A stretch of 64,000 bases of DNA from an uncultured Pseudomonadota bacterium (GCA_963843375.1 CAWJKT010000009.1:32001-96000); one strand, 5' to 3'; numbered from the stretch's first letter, positions 51,826 to 62,621 are shown. Numbers and translations: made by a program. The notes: generated by a model not told the origin, from the sequence alone.

Positions 51826-54053
51826 ATGAAACCGCCGCCAATCCGCTCTCGGTCGAAATCTTTCACGCGAAAAAAGCGGGACAGGGTCTTTTCAGTTGGA
51901 TCGCCACGGTGGATCACAAACGGATCGGCATTCTTTATTTGCTGACCGCTTTTTTCTTTTTCGGTGTGGGAGGCCTGGAAGCTTTGGTTATGCGCCTGCA
52001 ATTGGCCAAACCCAACAACCATCTTTTGTCCCCGGACGCCTATGACCAGCTTTTCACCATGCATGGAACCACCATGATCTTTTTGGTGGTGATGCCCACC
52101 CTGATCGGTTTCGCCAATTATTTTGTGCCTCTCATGATCGGCGCCAGGGACATGGCCTTTCCCCGGCTGAACGCGATGGGCTACTGGTTTTTTCCCTTCG
52201 GGGGTCTGCTTTTGCATTTCAGCCTTCTGGCGGGGGGCGCGCCTTCGGTGGGATGGTTCAGCTACGCGCCTTTAAGCGAGACGCCTTTCGCTTCCAGTCC
52301 CGGCGTGGATTACTGGATATTGGCCCTGTTCGCTTTGGGCATCGGTTCCATCGCCACCTCCATCAACCTGATCGCTACGGTGTTGGCTTTGCGCGCGCCC
52401 GGCCTGTCCATTCGCCGTCTGCCCCTGTTTGTTTGGATGGTGTTCGTCAATTCCTTCCTGTTGATCATGGCTATGCCCGCGCTAAATGCCGCCATCATCA
52501 TGCTGTTCATCGACCGCCAATTGAACGCCCACTTTTTTCTGCCCTCCCAAGGGGGGTCGGCCATTCTCTGGCAGCATTTCTTTTGGACTTTTGGCCATCC
52601 GGAGGTTTACATCATGGTCCTGCCGGCTTTCGGAATTATCTCAGAAGTCATTCCGGTTTTTTCCCGCAAGCCCATCTTCGGCTACGAATTCGTGGCCGGC
52701 TCCACGGTGGCCATCGCCCTGCTGAGCTTCGGAGTCTGGGCCCACCATATGTTCGCGGTGGGGTTGGGACAGCCCATGGATATTTTCTTCGCGGCCACCA
52801 GCATGATGATCGCGGTTCCCACGGGAGTGAAGGTTTTCAACTGGAGCGCCACCCTTTGGGGCGGCTCCATTCGCCTGACCACCTCGATGCTTTTCGCGGT
52901 GGCTTTTCTATTGCAGTTCACCATGGGGGGGTTGAGCGGAGTTACTTTCGCGGTGGTGCCAGTGGACTGGCAGGTGACGGATACCTATTATCTGGTCGCC
53001 CATTTCCATTACGTTCTTTTTGGCGGGTCACTTTTCGGCGTATTCGCGGGCATTTATTACTGGTTTCCGAAGATGACGGGGCGGCTTTTATCCGAATCCA
53101 TCGGAAAAGTTCACTTTTGGTTGACCGTCATCGGTTTCAATATGGCCTTTTTCGTTCAGCATTTCCTGGGACTGATGGGCATGACCCGGCGGGTTTATAC
53201 CTACCCGGATTTTCCCGGATGGGGACTGCTCAACATGATTTCCACGATTGGGGCTTTCATCCTGGGTTTTTCGGTTCTGGTATTGGTATGGAACATGTTT
53301 GTCAGTCTGAGGCGGGGCATGGCCGCGGGGGATAATCCTTGGAACGCCTGGACCCTTGAATGGGCCGCGTCATCCCCCCCGGCGGAAAATAATTTTGACC
53401 AGCTGCCGCCCATCCATGGGCGGCGGCCCCTTTGGGACCTGGCCCATCCCGAAAGCCCGGATGAGTCCGAGGCTTTCAAGGAGGGATCGATAGAGAAGCC
53501 GAAAGACAAAAATAAAATCGGAATGATGTGCTTTATCGCCTCTGAGGCGTTTTTCTTCGTCATGCTTTTGATCGCTTATATTTTTTATAACTTCTCGCAG
53601 CATCCGAATCCCGGATCCGAACTATTGAATCCCGTGAAAACCGGAATTTTCACCTTTTGTCTTTTGGCCAGCAGTTTGACTTATTGGCTGGCAGAGAAAA
53701 AACTGGAATCGAAAAACCACAACGGTTTCCTCGCCTGGTTGGCCGCCACGCTGGTCCTGGGCGGGGTCTTTCTAACGGGCCAGGCTATGGAATATTGGGA
53801 ACTTTTCCAGAAGGGTTTGACCGTCGGCGGGAATCTTTTCAGCGCTTCCTTTTTTATGGTGACCGGCCTGCACGGACTTCATGTGCTCATCGGGCTCATC
53901 GGCCTTCTGGTTGTCCTGGCCATGGCCTTGGCGGGTTATTTTAAAACGGGGAAAACCGGAGCGGTCAAGACCATCGGTCTCTACTGGCATTTCGTGGATG
54001 CGGTCTGGATCGCGGTCTTCACGAGTATTTATCTGGTGGGGGTGCGGACATGA
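51822..54053 (+). CDS. coxA: Cytochrome c oxidase subunit I fused to subunit III
   Basis: GHPEVY, WAHHM, HFHY; C-terminal ASE..FF, TGLHGLHV, YWHFVD. Confidence 0.95.
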   Translation: MNETAANPLSVEIFHAKKAGQGLFSWIATVDHKRIGILYLLTAFFFFGVGGLEALVMRLQLAKPNNHLLSPDAYDQLFTMHGTTMIFLVVMPTLIGFANYFVPLMIGARDMAFPRLNAMGYWFFPFGGLLLHFSLLAGGAPSVGWFSYAPLSETPFASSPGVDYWILALFALGIGSIATSINLIATVLALRAPGLSIRRLPLFVWMVFVNSFLLIMAMPALNAAIIMLFIDRQLNAHFFLPSQGGSAILWQHFFWTFGHPEVYIMVLPAFGIISEVIPVFSRKPIFGYEFVAGSTVAIALLSFGVWAHHMFAVGLGQPMDIFFAATSMMIAVPTGVKVFNWSATLWGGSIRLTTSMLFAVAFLLQFTMGGLSGVTFAVVPVDWQVTDTYYLVAHFHYVLFGGSLFGVFAGIYYWFPKMTGRLLSESIGKVHFWLTVIGFNMAFFVQHFLGLMGMTRRVYTYPDFPGWGLLNMISTIGAFILGFSVLVLVWNMFVSLRRGMAAGDNPWNAWTLEWAASSPPAENNFDQLPPIHGRRPLWDLAHPESPDESEAFKEGSIEKPKDKNKIGMMCFIASEAFFFVMLLIAYIFYNFSQHPNPGSELLNPVKTGIFTFCLLASSLTYWLAEKKLESKNHNGFLAWLAATLVLGGVFLTGQAMEYWELFQKGLTVGGNLFSASFFMVTGLHGLHVLIGLIGLLVVLAMALAGYFKTGKTGAVKTIGLYWHFVDAVWIAVFTSIYLVGVRT

Positions 54054-54859
54054 CCACTCGACAATTGCTTTTATCCACATGGGACTGGGATCCTTTACTG
54101 ATTGCCGGCTGTATCGCGGCCCTGTTTTTCTACGCCATTATTTGCCGGTTAAAATTCTCAAGAAAATCCGTTTTTTTTATCATAGGTGTTGTTCTTTTCT
54201 TTTTGGCCTTGGGTTCCCCGATCAATTTCCTGTCCAAGGGCATTCTGTTTAGCGCCCACATGCTTCAACACCTGATGTTGGTGTTGATGGTGCCTCCACT
54301 GATCCTATTAGGATTGCCGAACACCCGAAATCATCGCGATATCCTGTCGTATGTTCCTTGGGTGAAACATCCCCTCGTCGCCTGGCTTTCGGGTGTGGGA
54401 GCCATGTGGTTTTGGCATGTTCCGGCTTTCTGTGACGCCGCCGCGTCCAACGAATTGATCCATGCCGTCCAAACTTTTACACTTTTATTCCTGGGTATGC
54501 TTTTCTGGCGGCCCATCGTTGGTCCCAGAGTTGAGGAACGGCTTTCTCCACTGATTGGTATTCTTTATCTTTTCAGCGCTTGTATCGGCTGTTCGCTCCT
54601 GGGAATCTGGATTACCTTTGCGCCCGTCAGTGTTTGTCCGGTTTTCATGAGTCCCACAGCTTCCCCGGGAATTCTTGCGATGATCCGTGACGATTGGGGA
54701 CTGACGCCCGCCATGGACCAGCAAATCGGCGGTCTTTTGATGTGGGTTCCCCCTTGTTTTGTTTACCTCGGTGCAATTCTGGTTCTTTTGAGCCGTTTCT
54801 ACCGCCTACCGAGGAAAGCCGTTCCTTTCCCACCGAAAAAAGGAGCAAGAAATGAGTAA
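54050..54859 (+). CDS. ctaG: caa3-type CtaG assembly factor
   Basis: FSAHMLQH, WFWHVP, DQQIGGLLMW. Confidence 0.9.
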   Translation: MTTRQLLLSTWDWDPLLIAGCIAALFFYAIICRLKFSRKSVFFIIGVVLFFLALGSPINFLSKGILFSAHMLQHLMLVLMVPPLILLGLPNTRNHRDILSYVPWVKHPLVAWLSGVGAMWFWHVPAFCDAAASNELIHAVQTFTLLFLGMLFWRPIVGPRVEERLSPLIGILYLFSACIGCSLLGIWITFAPVSVCPVFMSPTASPGILAMIRDDWGLTPAMDQQIGGLLMWVPPCFVYLGAILVLLSRFYRLPRKAVPFPPKKGARNE

Positions 54860-55073
54860 AAAAAGGACTGCCGGATCAACCTCTTTGCGTCCCGGCTGGA
54901 CCCACGTTCCGGACGAAAAAATTCCGCGGCCGACCTTTTGGCCCGCCGCGCTGGCCCTGGGCACGGTTCTTCTGCTTTGGGGTTTGGTGACTTCTTTCAT
55001 TATCACGACGGTGGGCTTCGTCCTTTTATTCTTGTCCATCGCCGGTTGGCTGGAGGAAATGCGCCATGAATGA
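54852..55073 (+). CDS. Small 2-TM protein, possible oxidase subunit IV
   Basis: P.PTFWP...GW..E pattern within the operon. Confidence 0.6.
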   Translation: MSKKRTAGSTSLRPGWTHVPDEKIPRPTFWPAALALGTVLLLWGLVTSFIITTVGFVLLFLSIAGWLEEMRHE

Positions 55074-55572
55074 AAAAAATCATCCCAAGATGATCGGAGA
55101 AGCGAAAAAAATTTCCCGGCGGAATTTTTTTGAAAAGCTGATCTTCGTTCTCGGGGGTTTGATGACGGCGGCGGTCGGTCTGCCCATGGTCGGTTTTATT
55201 TTCAAGCCTCTCTTTAAATCCCTGCCACCGGTCTGGCGGTCCGTGGGTCCGGCGAATTCCTTTAAGATCGGCGAGACTGTCGCGGTGACTTTCCTTCAGG
55301 CTTCGCCTCTGCCCTGGGCGGGAGTTACGGCTAAAACTGCCGCTTGGCTGAGGAGGGAAAGCGCGGACAGTTTCACGGCCTTTTCCATCAGTTGTACCCA
55401 TCTGGGTTGTCCGGTGCGCTGGCGGCCCGAAGCACAGTTGTTCATGTGTCCCTGTCATGGCGGCATCTACTATAAAGACGGCGAGGTGGCTGCTGGGCCG
55501 CCGCCTCTTCCTTTGCCGCGTTATCCAGTAAGGGTCGTTAAAGACCAGGTTGAAATTTTAGTGACGCTCTAG
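55066..55572 (+). CDS. Rieske [2Fe-2S] protein
   Basis: Tat motif SRRNFF; CTHLGC, CPCHG. Confidence 0.95.
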   Translation: MNEKNHPKMIGEAKKISRRNFFEKLIFVLGGLMTAAVGLPMVGFIFKPLFKSLPPVWRSVGPANSFKIGETVAVTFLQASPLPWAGVTAKTAAWLRRESADSFTAFSISCTHLGCPVRWRPEAQLFMCPCHGGIYYKDGEVAAGPPPLPLPRYPVRVVKDQVEILVTL

Positions 55573-55580
55573 GGGAAAAA

Positions 55581-56987
55581 TTGTTCAAAATCATTTTTAA
55601 AAAAATATATCAATGGCTAGAAGATCGCACAGGCCTTTTTAGCGTGGTTGGAAAAATGGCCAGCCATCCGGTGCCTTCCGGCGCCCGGTGGTGGTACGTG
55701 TTTGGCAGCGCGACCCTGTGCGCTTTTCTCATCCAGGTGGCCAGCGGAATCGCCCTGGCTCTTTACTATATCCCTTCGGCGGACGAGGCTTACCTCACCC
55801 TTCAATCCATCACCCACGATACGGCTTTTGGCAGTTTTGCCCGAGCTCTTCATTACTACGGCGCCTCCGCGATGGTGTTGATGGTGGGCATCCATATGGC
55901 CCAAGTGTTCCTGCAGGGGTCCTACAAGTTTCCACGGGAAATGAACTGGCTGACCGGAATCCTGCTGCTGGGGTTCACCCTGCTGATGGGATTCACGGGG
56001 CAAATCCTGCGCTGGGACCAGAATGCCGTCTGGACGGCGGTGGTAGCCGCAAAGCAGGCGGGCCGCGCTCCCTTCATCGGAGGCTTTCTATCGACGCTGA
56101 TACTGGGCGGTCCCGAGGTAGGCGGTTCTACCCTCAGCCGGCTTTTCGTAGTTCATGTTTTTCTTATTCCGGCTTTGGTATTCGCTTTCGTGGGACTTCA
56201 TTTACTGTTGGTCCTGCGCCACGGTATTTCAGAGCCCCCGAAGCCTGGAAAAAGGGTGAACCCGAAAACTTACCGGAAGGAATATGAGGCTTCACTGAAA
56301 AAGGACAGTGTTCCTTTTTGGCCCGACGCGATCTGGCGGGACATGGTTTTCGCAGCGGTGATGGTTTTTGGAATCATTCTCCTGGCTCTTATTTTTGGGC
56401 CGCCCGAACTGGGGCATCCTCCCGATCCCAGCCTGATCGACGCAAATCCCCGGCCCGACTGGTACTTAATGTGGTATTTCGCGGTGCTGGCCCTTTTGCC
56501 GCACGGCATTGAAAGTTTTTTCATGGTTTTCGCGCCGCTTCTGGCGGTGGTTCTTTTGATTTTGCTTCCTTTTATTTCCAACCACGGGGAGCGCAGTCCC
56601 AGCCGCCGCCCCTGGGCGGTAGCGGTAGTCGTTATGGTCGTCGTGATGATCGGGGCCTTTTGGTGGGCCGGTGTTAAATCCGACTGGTCGCCTAATTTCA
56701 ATCCAAAACCTTTATCCGCCGAAGTTATTGACGCCACCAGCGGCCCTATTTTGGCGGGAGCACGTCTTTTTGAGGTCAAGGGCTGTCTCAACTGCCATCT
56801 GATTCAAGGGGATGGAGGCCGTCGGGGTCCGGATTTATCCACGATTGGAGACAAACTCTCAGCAGACCAGATGATTCTACGTATTTCCAATGGCGCGCCC
56901 AATATGCCCTCTTACGCTTCCAACCTCACACCTATAGAAATGAATGAGCTGGTGACTTTTTTACAGTCACGCGTTAAAAAACCATAG
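55581..56987 (+). CDS. Cytochrome b with fused C-terminal cytochrome c
   Basis: Heme b His pairs, PDWY, CLNCH. Confidence 0.93.
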   Translation: MFKIIFKKIYQWLEDRTGLFSVVGKMASHPVPSGARWWYVFGSATLCAFLIQVASGIALALYYIPSADEAYLTLQSITHDTAFGSFARALHYYGASAMVLMVGIHMAQVFLQGSYKFPREMNWLTGILLLGFTLLMGFTGQILRWDQNAVWTAVVAAKQAGRAPFIGGFLSTLILGGPEVGGSTLSRLFVVHVFLIPALVFAFVGLHLLLVLRHGISEPPKPGKRVNPKTYRKEYEASLKKDSVPFWPDAIWRDMVFAAVMVFGIILLALIFGPPELGHPPDPSLIDANPRPDWYLMWYFAVLALLPHGIESFFMVFAPLLAVVLLILLPFISNHGERSPSRRPWAVAVVVMVVVMIGAFWWAGVKSDWSPNFNPKPLSAEVIDATSGPILAGARLFEVKGCLNCHLIQGDGGRRGPDLSTIGDKLSADQMILRISNGAPNMPSYASNLTPIEMNELVTFLQSRVKKP

Positions 56988-57300
56988 GTCAATACACATC
57001 GGACTAAGTGTTACAGGATTTTTCTCCCAGTGGGGCTTCTTATTTCTTAGCGTTGCTCTCGGTTCTGAAACCTATTCGGATTAACTCTACTTTTGATCTA
57101 ACTTTCTAGTCCGTTACGTTTTTCCTTTCTTTTGCGTTTGTGTTGATAATAGGAGTTGAACAATATCGCCGAGTGGCCCTATGTAAATCTTATCCCGGGA
57201 GGTTTAGTTGGATTTCTAAAATTTGACAAAATTCATGGATTTCCAGGTTATGATCTTGAATTAGAGAAAAAAACTTTGAAAAAGTTCAAAGCGTAAAATT

Positions 57301-57345
57301 TTGATAGACACGGATAAGACACTCGTGCAAAATCAGTCTCCCTTT
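57301..57345 (+). pseudogene. Remnant of integrase 3' end / arm region
   Basis: 40/45 identical by eye to 231-275. Confidence 0.7.
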
Positions 57346-57489
57346 GGGAAGAGTGGGTTATAAAAGCCAGTTGGTTAGAGGTTTTTTTCCGTTAATTTGC
57401 GAGTTCTTCAAAATTGACTTACCGCCATAGGCGGCAGGTCAATTGGCTTGAAATGGCTTAAAATAAAACGGAAAAAATCGAGAAGCTAG

Positions 57490-57695
57490 CTTGTAAGCGG
57501 CAGGTCACCGGTCCGATTCCGGTCGCCAGCTCCATTTTTTAAAAAATATGTTCCCAGCATGTTTTAAAAGCCTTTGCCTGTAAGGATTTTAGTGATCTTA
57601 CAGGCAAAGGCTTACTTTTTTGAAATGATCATCAAAGATCATCAGTGCTCCTAAAAATTCATAAAAAATCAAAACATAAGACTCCTATAAGACAC
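57490..57695 (+). repeat. Direct repeat copy 2 with tRNA-Thr fragment (57490-57534)
   Basis: Near-identical to 359-563. Confidence 0.95.
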
Positions 57696-57801
57696 CGAAG
57701 ATTTATTCATATTCCGATGGATATGACCTTGTCAACTTTAGTGACAGGAGTTAAAAGTAACAGGGTTTTAGTATTCCAAATGCAACCCTGGAAACCACGC
57801 C

Positions 57802-59533
57802 ATGAATTTCGGAAACTTTTTTAAAGCGATTGAGAAACACACTCCCCCAATATTGGTCGGTTTAGGGGTCTATTCAGGCTTTAAATTCACGCTTGAGGCC
57901 TTTGGGGTTATTGGTCTTTCTTTGACACCTTTTGACACTTTTGCGGCCCTTTCCGTGGGTTTTCTCTACATGTTTGAGAAGCATGTCCGTATTGACCATC
58001 TTTTAGCTTTTGCCCCCGCCGTTATAGCTCTTTCCTTTTGCCATGACTTTTTTGGGGTATTCCTGGGAAATGATGGATTTACCGGGGATGTGGTAATGGG
58101 GCTTTCCGTACTGATCGGCTTTTGTATTTACTTCATTCACTTCTTCATGCGCAAAACCTATGGAACACCAAGGGGAATCACCTGTAACCGAAGGAGGGAA
58201 ATTTTCCCTCTATTTGGACGCGGAGAACAAATATTTCATTCCAGACGAATTACTCAAATACCACACGGAGGTTATTGGATCTTCAGGGATGGGGAAAACC
58301 AATATCTTCAACTACATGATCGAGCAGGGAATTAAGAACGGAATTGGAATGTTCGTGTTCGATGCAAAATCCAATTACAACAAAACTATTCCCTATTACG
58401 CTTCCAAACACGGGCGACTTACTGATTTAAAATATTTCGATCTTGCTGATGTAAAACGGAGCCAGACCTATAACCCTGATTTCAAGGACAAACCGGATGA
58501 AGTTTTTAACGGTCTCATGAAGTCGATTTTTTATGGCCCGGTAACCCAGGAATTTTATCGTGACCAGGCCAGTGACGTTTTGAGCAACTTGACCAACCTT
58601 CTTTTCTTGGAGTTCAAGCACGTTACCCGGATGGATTATCAGAACCTTATATCCAACGAAATCAGGTCTTTTGCGACGATCAAAGCTTTGGCACGGAAGA
58701 CACGAAGAACACGGTTTCGGGAAAATACTTCCTGGAAAAATGGGTCAAAATGTCCGAGAAGGATAGGGAGCTGAACCTTTCAGGACTCACCAGCAAACTT
58801 GCAAGGTTCACCAGTCGGGAATGGTCCCCCCTTATCAATACCTTAAACCCAGATATCAAGATGAAGGATGTGGTTGAGAAACAACAGATATTCCTATTTG
58901 GAACATCTTCCCTGGTGAACCAGGAAGATTCCAAACCGGTCATTATTTCGGCCCTTATTGATCTTGGCGGGGGTTATAGGGCGGAGGCTTATTGAGAAGC
59001 CCGAAAGGCCCTTTTTTGTCTTTTTGGACGAGTTCTATACCGCCGCTTATCCGGGCCTCAATGACCTTATTTCCTTAGGGCGGGAAGCCAATGTTTGCTT
59101 CTTCCTTGCCCACCACAGCCTGGGCCAGTTGGGGGCGGTCAGCCAGGAATTCAAGGACGATATTCTTACTAACACCAACCACAAAATCGTCATGAATATC
59201 ACGGAGAAAGATACGGTCGATTTCTTTGCCTCGATATTCGGGACCAAAGTCACCAAGAAGGATGTTTATTCCTATGACACCCGTATTTCTCAACCTAAGG
59301 GAAGGACCGAGAAACAGGATGAGGAGTTCATCATTCATCCCAATTATTTAAGGGGAATGAAACGCGGGGAAGCGGTCTGCCGGATCGTTTATGTTTCTGG
59401 CCCCAAGGTATTCAAGATGAAATTGAAAGAAGTCAAACCGCCGCCTAGGGGATTTGATTATGTGGGTTGTGTTCCGATTCGAAATAACCATTTGAAAACA
59501 AATGATTCGAACAAAATTGAAGTTCCGGATTAG
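57802..59533 (+). pseudogene. Type IV coupling protein (VirD4/TraD-like), split over four frames
   Basis: N-terminal TMs; Walker A GSSGMGKT; Walker B FVFLDEF; GRE..V....HHSLGQL. Confidence 0.8.
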
Positions 59534-59674
59534 CGAGACGCCATCCAAAACAACCCCTCCAAAAAAAGAAGCAAAAGCCCCGGCCAAAAGTAAGCCTGTG
59601 GAGGTTGATCAACCCGACACGGAATTTATATCCAATGGAGAAAATTATAAAAAGACAAAGAAAGGAGAAGCGCA

Positions 59675-60488
59675 TTGAAGGCAATGATGGAAATAACGGA
59701 TTTGGAAACCGAACATCTGGTCTGGATTCATTCCAATAAATTCACGACTCCCGAATTATTCCACAAAAAATTCATGCCTAATCAGAGTTCCAGAAACGCC
59801 TACAAAATCCTAAAAAAATACGTAAACCCTGAAAGAGAACTTTTACATGTTCTGAAAACACCGGTGGGGAACAGTAATCTTTTCTTCTTAACCGCAGGGG
59901 CGTTGAGAAGTTTGGATGAAAACAACAAGATTTTGGTTAGGAGCAATAAATACCCGGTCAAAATCAACAACCACGAGAAAGAGCACGACCTAATGGTACA
60001 GACGGCTCGAATAAGATTCGAGTCATTGGAGGAACTGAAGGATATTTTTTGGGTTTCAGACTTTGAGATGAGATCAGGAATTACACCTTCCATTAAAGCT
60101 GAATACCTGGAAGGGAAGTTGAATAAGGAAAGGTGGCGTTCCAATGGGGCTAACCCCAATCCAAAAGGAAGAAGAACCCCGGATGGTTATTTTGAGGCTG
60201 ATATTGAAGGACCGAAGAATTTCGTTTTGCCTTTGAGCTTGAGAACCACCATTACAACGACGTAATCCTTCAAAGAATGACGGAGAATTTAAGAGGATGG
60301 TTTTCCTCGTGCCCTCAAGCTAATTGTATCCGCAACTCCAGGAAATGCGGTTCGAATGATCCGATCTCTTCAATCAAGGATTAAACCTGAGGAACAAAAC
60401 CAATGGTTTGTTTCCGATTTTGAAAGGGTGACTACCAAGCCATTCAAAAAATGCTGGCACCAATTGAATCATCCATTGGTGGATTAGT
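59675..60488 (+). pseudogene. Replication-relaxation-like protein, frameshifted near 60210
   Basis: wHTH-like N-terminus, EHDL, PDGYF, ELE motif in the next frame; follows coupling protein. Confidence 0.6.
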
Positions 60489-60520
60489 GAAATTTAAGGA
60501 AAAATGACCACTTGAAAAAG

Positions 60521-60538
60521 TGTCAACCATAGATGACA
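60521..60538. promoter_or_regulatory. Putative TA operator palindrome
   Basis: TGTCA-N8-TGACA upstream of toxin gene. Confidence 0.5.
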
Positions 60539-60555
60539 ATAGATAGGAGAGGTAA

Positions 60556-60906
60556 TTGGAAACAACGCCTTTTGAATTAAAGGATTATGAAACTCCTGAT
60601 GGCCGATGCCCTTACCAGGAATGGTATTCAGAGTTGGTCAAAAAGGACTTAAGGTCGGCAGTTGCTTTGGAAAAAAGGATTAGGCGGTTGGAGCAAGGTC
60701 TGCTGGGAGACTACAAAGAAATCGAAGAGGGGATTCTTGAACTGAGAATCCATTTAGGTCAGGGGTTTCGACTCTATGTCAGAAAAATTGGCAAGACCAT
60801 GATGCTTTTACTTGTTGGTGGGGAAAAGGGCAACCAAGAGCAGGACATCCGTAATGCCTTTAAATATTGGTATGAATTTAAAAGCCGAAATAAAGGAGTA
60901 AAGTGA
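60556..60906 (+). CDS. RelE/ParE-family addiction-module killer (HI1419-like)
   Basis: GRCPYQEW...RI.RL..G.LGDYK...ELRIH.G.G.RLY...LL.GG.K..Q..DI. Confidence 0.9.
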   Translation: METTPFELKDYETPDGRCPYQEWYSELVKKDLRSAVALEKRIRRLEQGLLGDYKEIEEGILELRIHLGQGFRLYVRKIGKTMMLLLVGGEKGNQEQDIRNAFKYWYEFKSRNKGVK

Positions 60907-61205
60907 TGAAAGGATTAAGGGATCATAAATCCGCAATCGTTGAGCGGTTAAAAAACGATGAACGTTTTAGAAAAGCGTATTTGAGCGAAGCGCTAAATGA
61001 AGATGAACCAGCTGTTGTTCTATCCATGCTCCGCGACATTGTGGATGCGACCAGGGGATTTACAAAACTAGCAAAAGAAACAGGTTTGGCCAGGCAAAGT
61101 CTTTACAAGGTCTTGTCAGATAAAGGGAATCCGGAATTTGGTAGTGTTTGGAAGATTGTCCGCATATTGCGAAAAAAGAATCAAACTTTGGTTTACGCTC
61201 GATAA
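60903..61205 (+). CDS. Addiction-module antidote HTH protein
   Basis: YLSEAL...LAKETGLARQSLYKVLSDKGNPEF; overlaps toxin stop. Confidence 0.9.
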   Translation: MMKGLRDHKSAIVERLKNDERFRKAYLSEALNEDEPAVVLSMLRDIVDATRGFTKLAKETGLARQSLYKVLSDKGNPEFGSVWKIVRILRKKNQTLVYAR

Positions 61206-61305
61206 ACGTCCATTTCTCCACGTTAAATCCAATAAGTTCAAATTTAAGTAATTTCCCAGGATATTGTTAACCGGGTTAAAATTGTTTAGTTATACGGTAT
61301 TTAGG

Positions 61306-61333
61306 TGTCCACGACGGGGACCCATCCTGGACA
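61306..61333. repeat. 28-bp 11-6-11 putative recombination site
   Basis: tgtccacgacg-gggacc-catcctggaca. Confidence 0.8.
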
Positions 61334-61434
61334 ACTAAATGTTATGTTCGAAATGTTGAAGGTTGGAAACCAAACCAAGAGATCGTCGCGCCAGCCCGCA
61401 ATCCGACCCTTTTTTTCTGAACCTGGGAGAAAAC

Positions 61435-62583
61435 ATGAATAAAACAAAAGTTCTAGTGGTGGGTGGGGGCCTCGTCGGCCTCTCCATCGCTTGGCACCTC
61501 AAAAAACGCGGTGCATGGCCAGTAGTTCTGGATCGTCACGAGCTCGCGCAAGAAGCATCCGCCGCTGGTGCGGGGATGTTGCCCCTCCACAGTGTGGCAT
61601 TCGATACCCCGGAACTCTATGAACTAAGCCGTTTGTCCTACCGCCTGTATCCGTCCTGGGTGAAGGAACTTAAGCGCGCTTCGGGGTTGGACCCCGAATG
61701 GGAGAAGTCGGGATCGATGGGGCTTTTGTTTTCCGCGACGGAAGAAAAGAACGCACGGATGCTTTCCAAACGTTTGGTGGAGTTGGATATGGAGGTTTTG
61801 TGGTTGAGCGGCAAGGAAGCCCGCCGCAAGGAACCCGCATTGCCGAAAGATGTCCGCAAGGCCATGTATCTACCCGAAACCACCCAGATCCGCCCATCCG
61901 CCATGTGTGCGGTGGTGGTGGAAGCGGTGCGGCGCACCGGGGTTTCCATCCATTCCAACGAGCCGGTGAAATCGCTAGTGGTGCGTGGTGGCCGGGTCCA
62001 AGGCGTTAAAACCGCTAACCGAACAATAAAGGCCGACGCCGTAGTATTGGCTACCGGGGCTTGGGCGCCGGAACTGTTAAGCCCGCTTGGAATCGATTTG
62101 CCGGTGTATCCCCTTCGGGGACAGGTACTGCTTCTTCAAGGTCCTCCCTCCGGGATCAAACACATCCTTTTCGCGACCGGCTACTACATGGTGCCGCGCC
62201 GGGGCGGTGAATTGTACGTCGGCAGTACCTTGGAAAAAGCCGGGTTTGAAAGGGCCGTGACGCCTGAGGGTATTGCGACCCTGGCGACTGCGGCCAGGCG
62301 GATGGCGCCGGCTTTGTCGCCGCTGCGGGTTTCGGGTTATTTCTCCGGTTTTCGCCCCGGTTCGGTGGATGGGCATCCTTTCCTGGGTGCGGTTCCGGGC
62401 ACGGATGGACTTTATATTGCGGCGGGCCACCACACGCATGGGCATCTGCTGGCGGCCGCTACTGGTTACTTGATGACGCAATTAATACTGGATGGGAAGC
62501 CGGAAATGGATCTCTTGCCATTTGTCGTGGGCCGCAAGCCCCATGTACTTCAACCGCCCTGGTGGATGAAACTTTCACAATGA
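61435..62583 (+). CDS. thiO: Glycine oxidase ThiO-like FAD oxidoreductase
   Basis: GGGLVG, ASAAGAGML, P.RGQ, GFRP; GC-rich relative to flanks. Confidence 0.75.
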   Translation: MNKTKVLVVGGGLVGLSIAWHLKKRGAWPVVLDRHELAQEASAAGAGMLPLHSVAFDTPELYELSRLSYRLYPSWVKELKRASGLDPEWEKSGSMGLLFSATEEKNARMLSKRLVELDMEVLWLSGKEARRKEPALPKDVRKAMYLPETTQIRPSAMCAVVVEAVRRTGVSIHSNEPVKSLVVRGGRVQGVKTANRTIKADAVVLATGAWAPELLSPLGIDLPVYPLRGQVLLLQGPPSGIKHILFATGYYMVPRRGGELYVGSTLEKAGFERAVTPEGIATLATAARRMAPALSPLRVSGYFSGFRPGSVDGHPFLGAVPGTDGLYIAAGHHTHGHLLAAATGYLMTQLILDGKPEMDLLPFVVGRKPHVLQPPWWMKLSQ

Positions 62584-62593
62584 AGAAGAGTTT

Positions 62594-62621
62594 TGTCCAA
62601 TACACGGACCCGTCGTGGACA
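62594..62621. repeat. 28-bp 11-6-11 putative recombination site (conserved arm on right)
   Basis: tgtccaataca-cggacc-cgtcgtggaca. Confidence 0.8.

Larger units (their letters stand above)
359..57695. mobile_element. ~57 kb genomic island bounded by tRNA-Thr att-like direct repeats
   Basis: Flanking ~205 bp repeats; integrase or integrase remnant before each repeat; AT-rich edges. Confidence 0.75.

Noticed and set aside
57421..57441. Third att core (gcggcaggtca)
   Set aside because: Only 11 bp match; may be a scar but cannot be supported.
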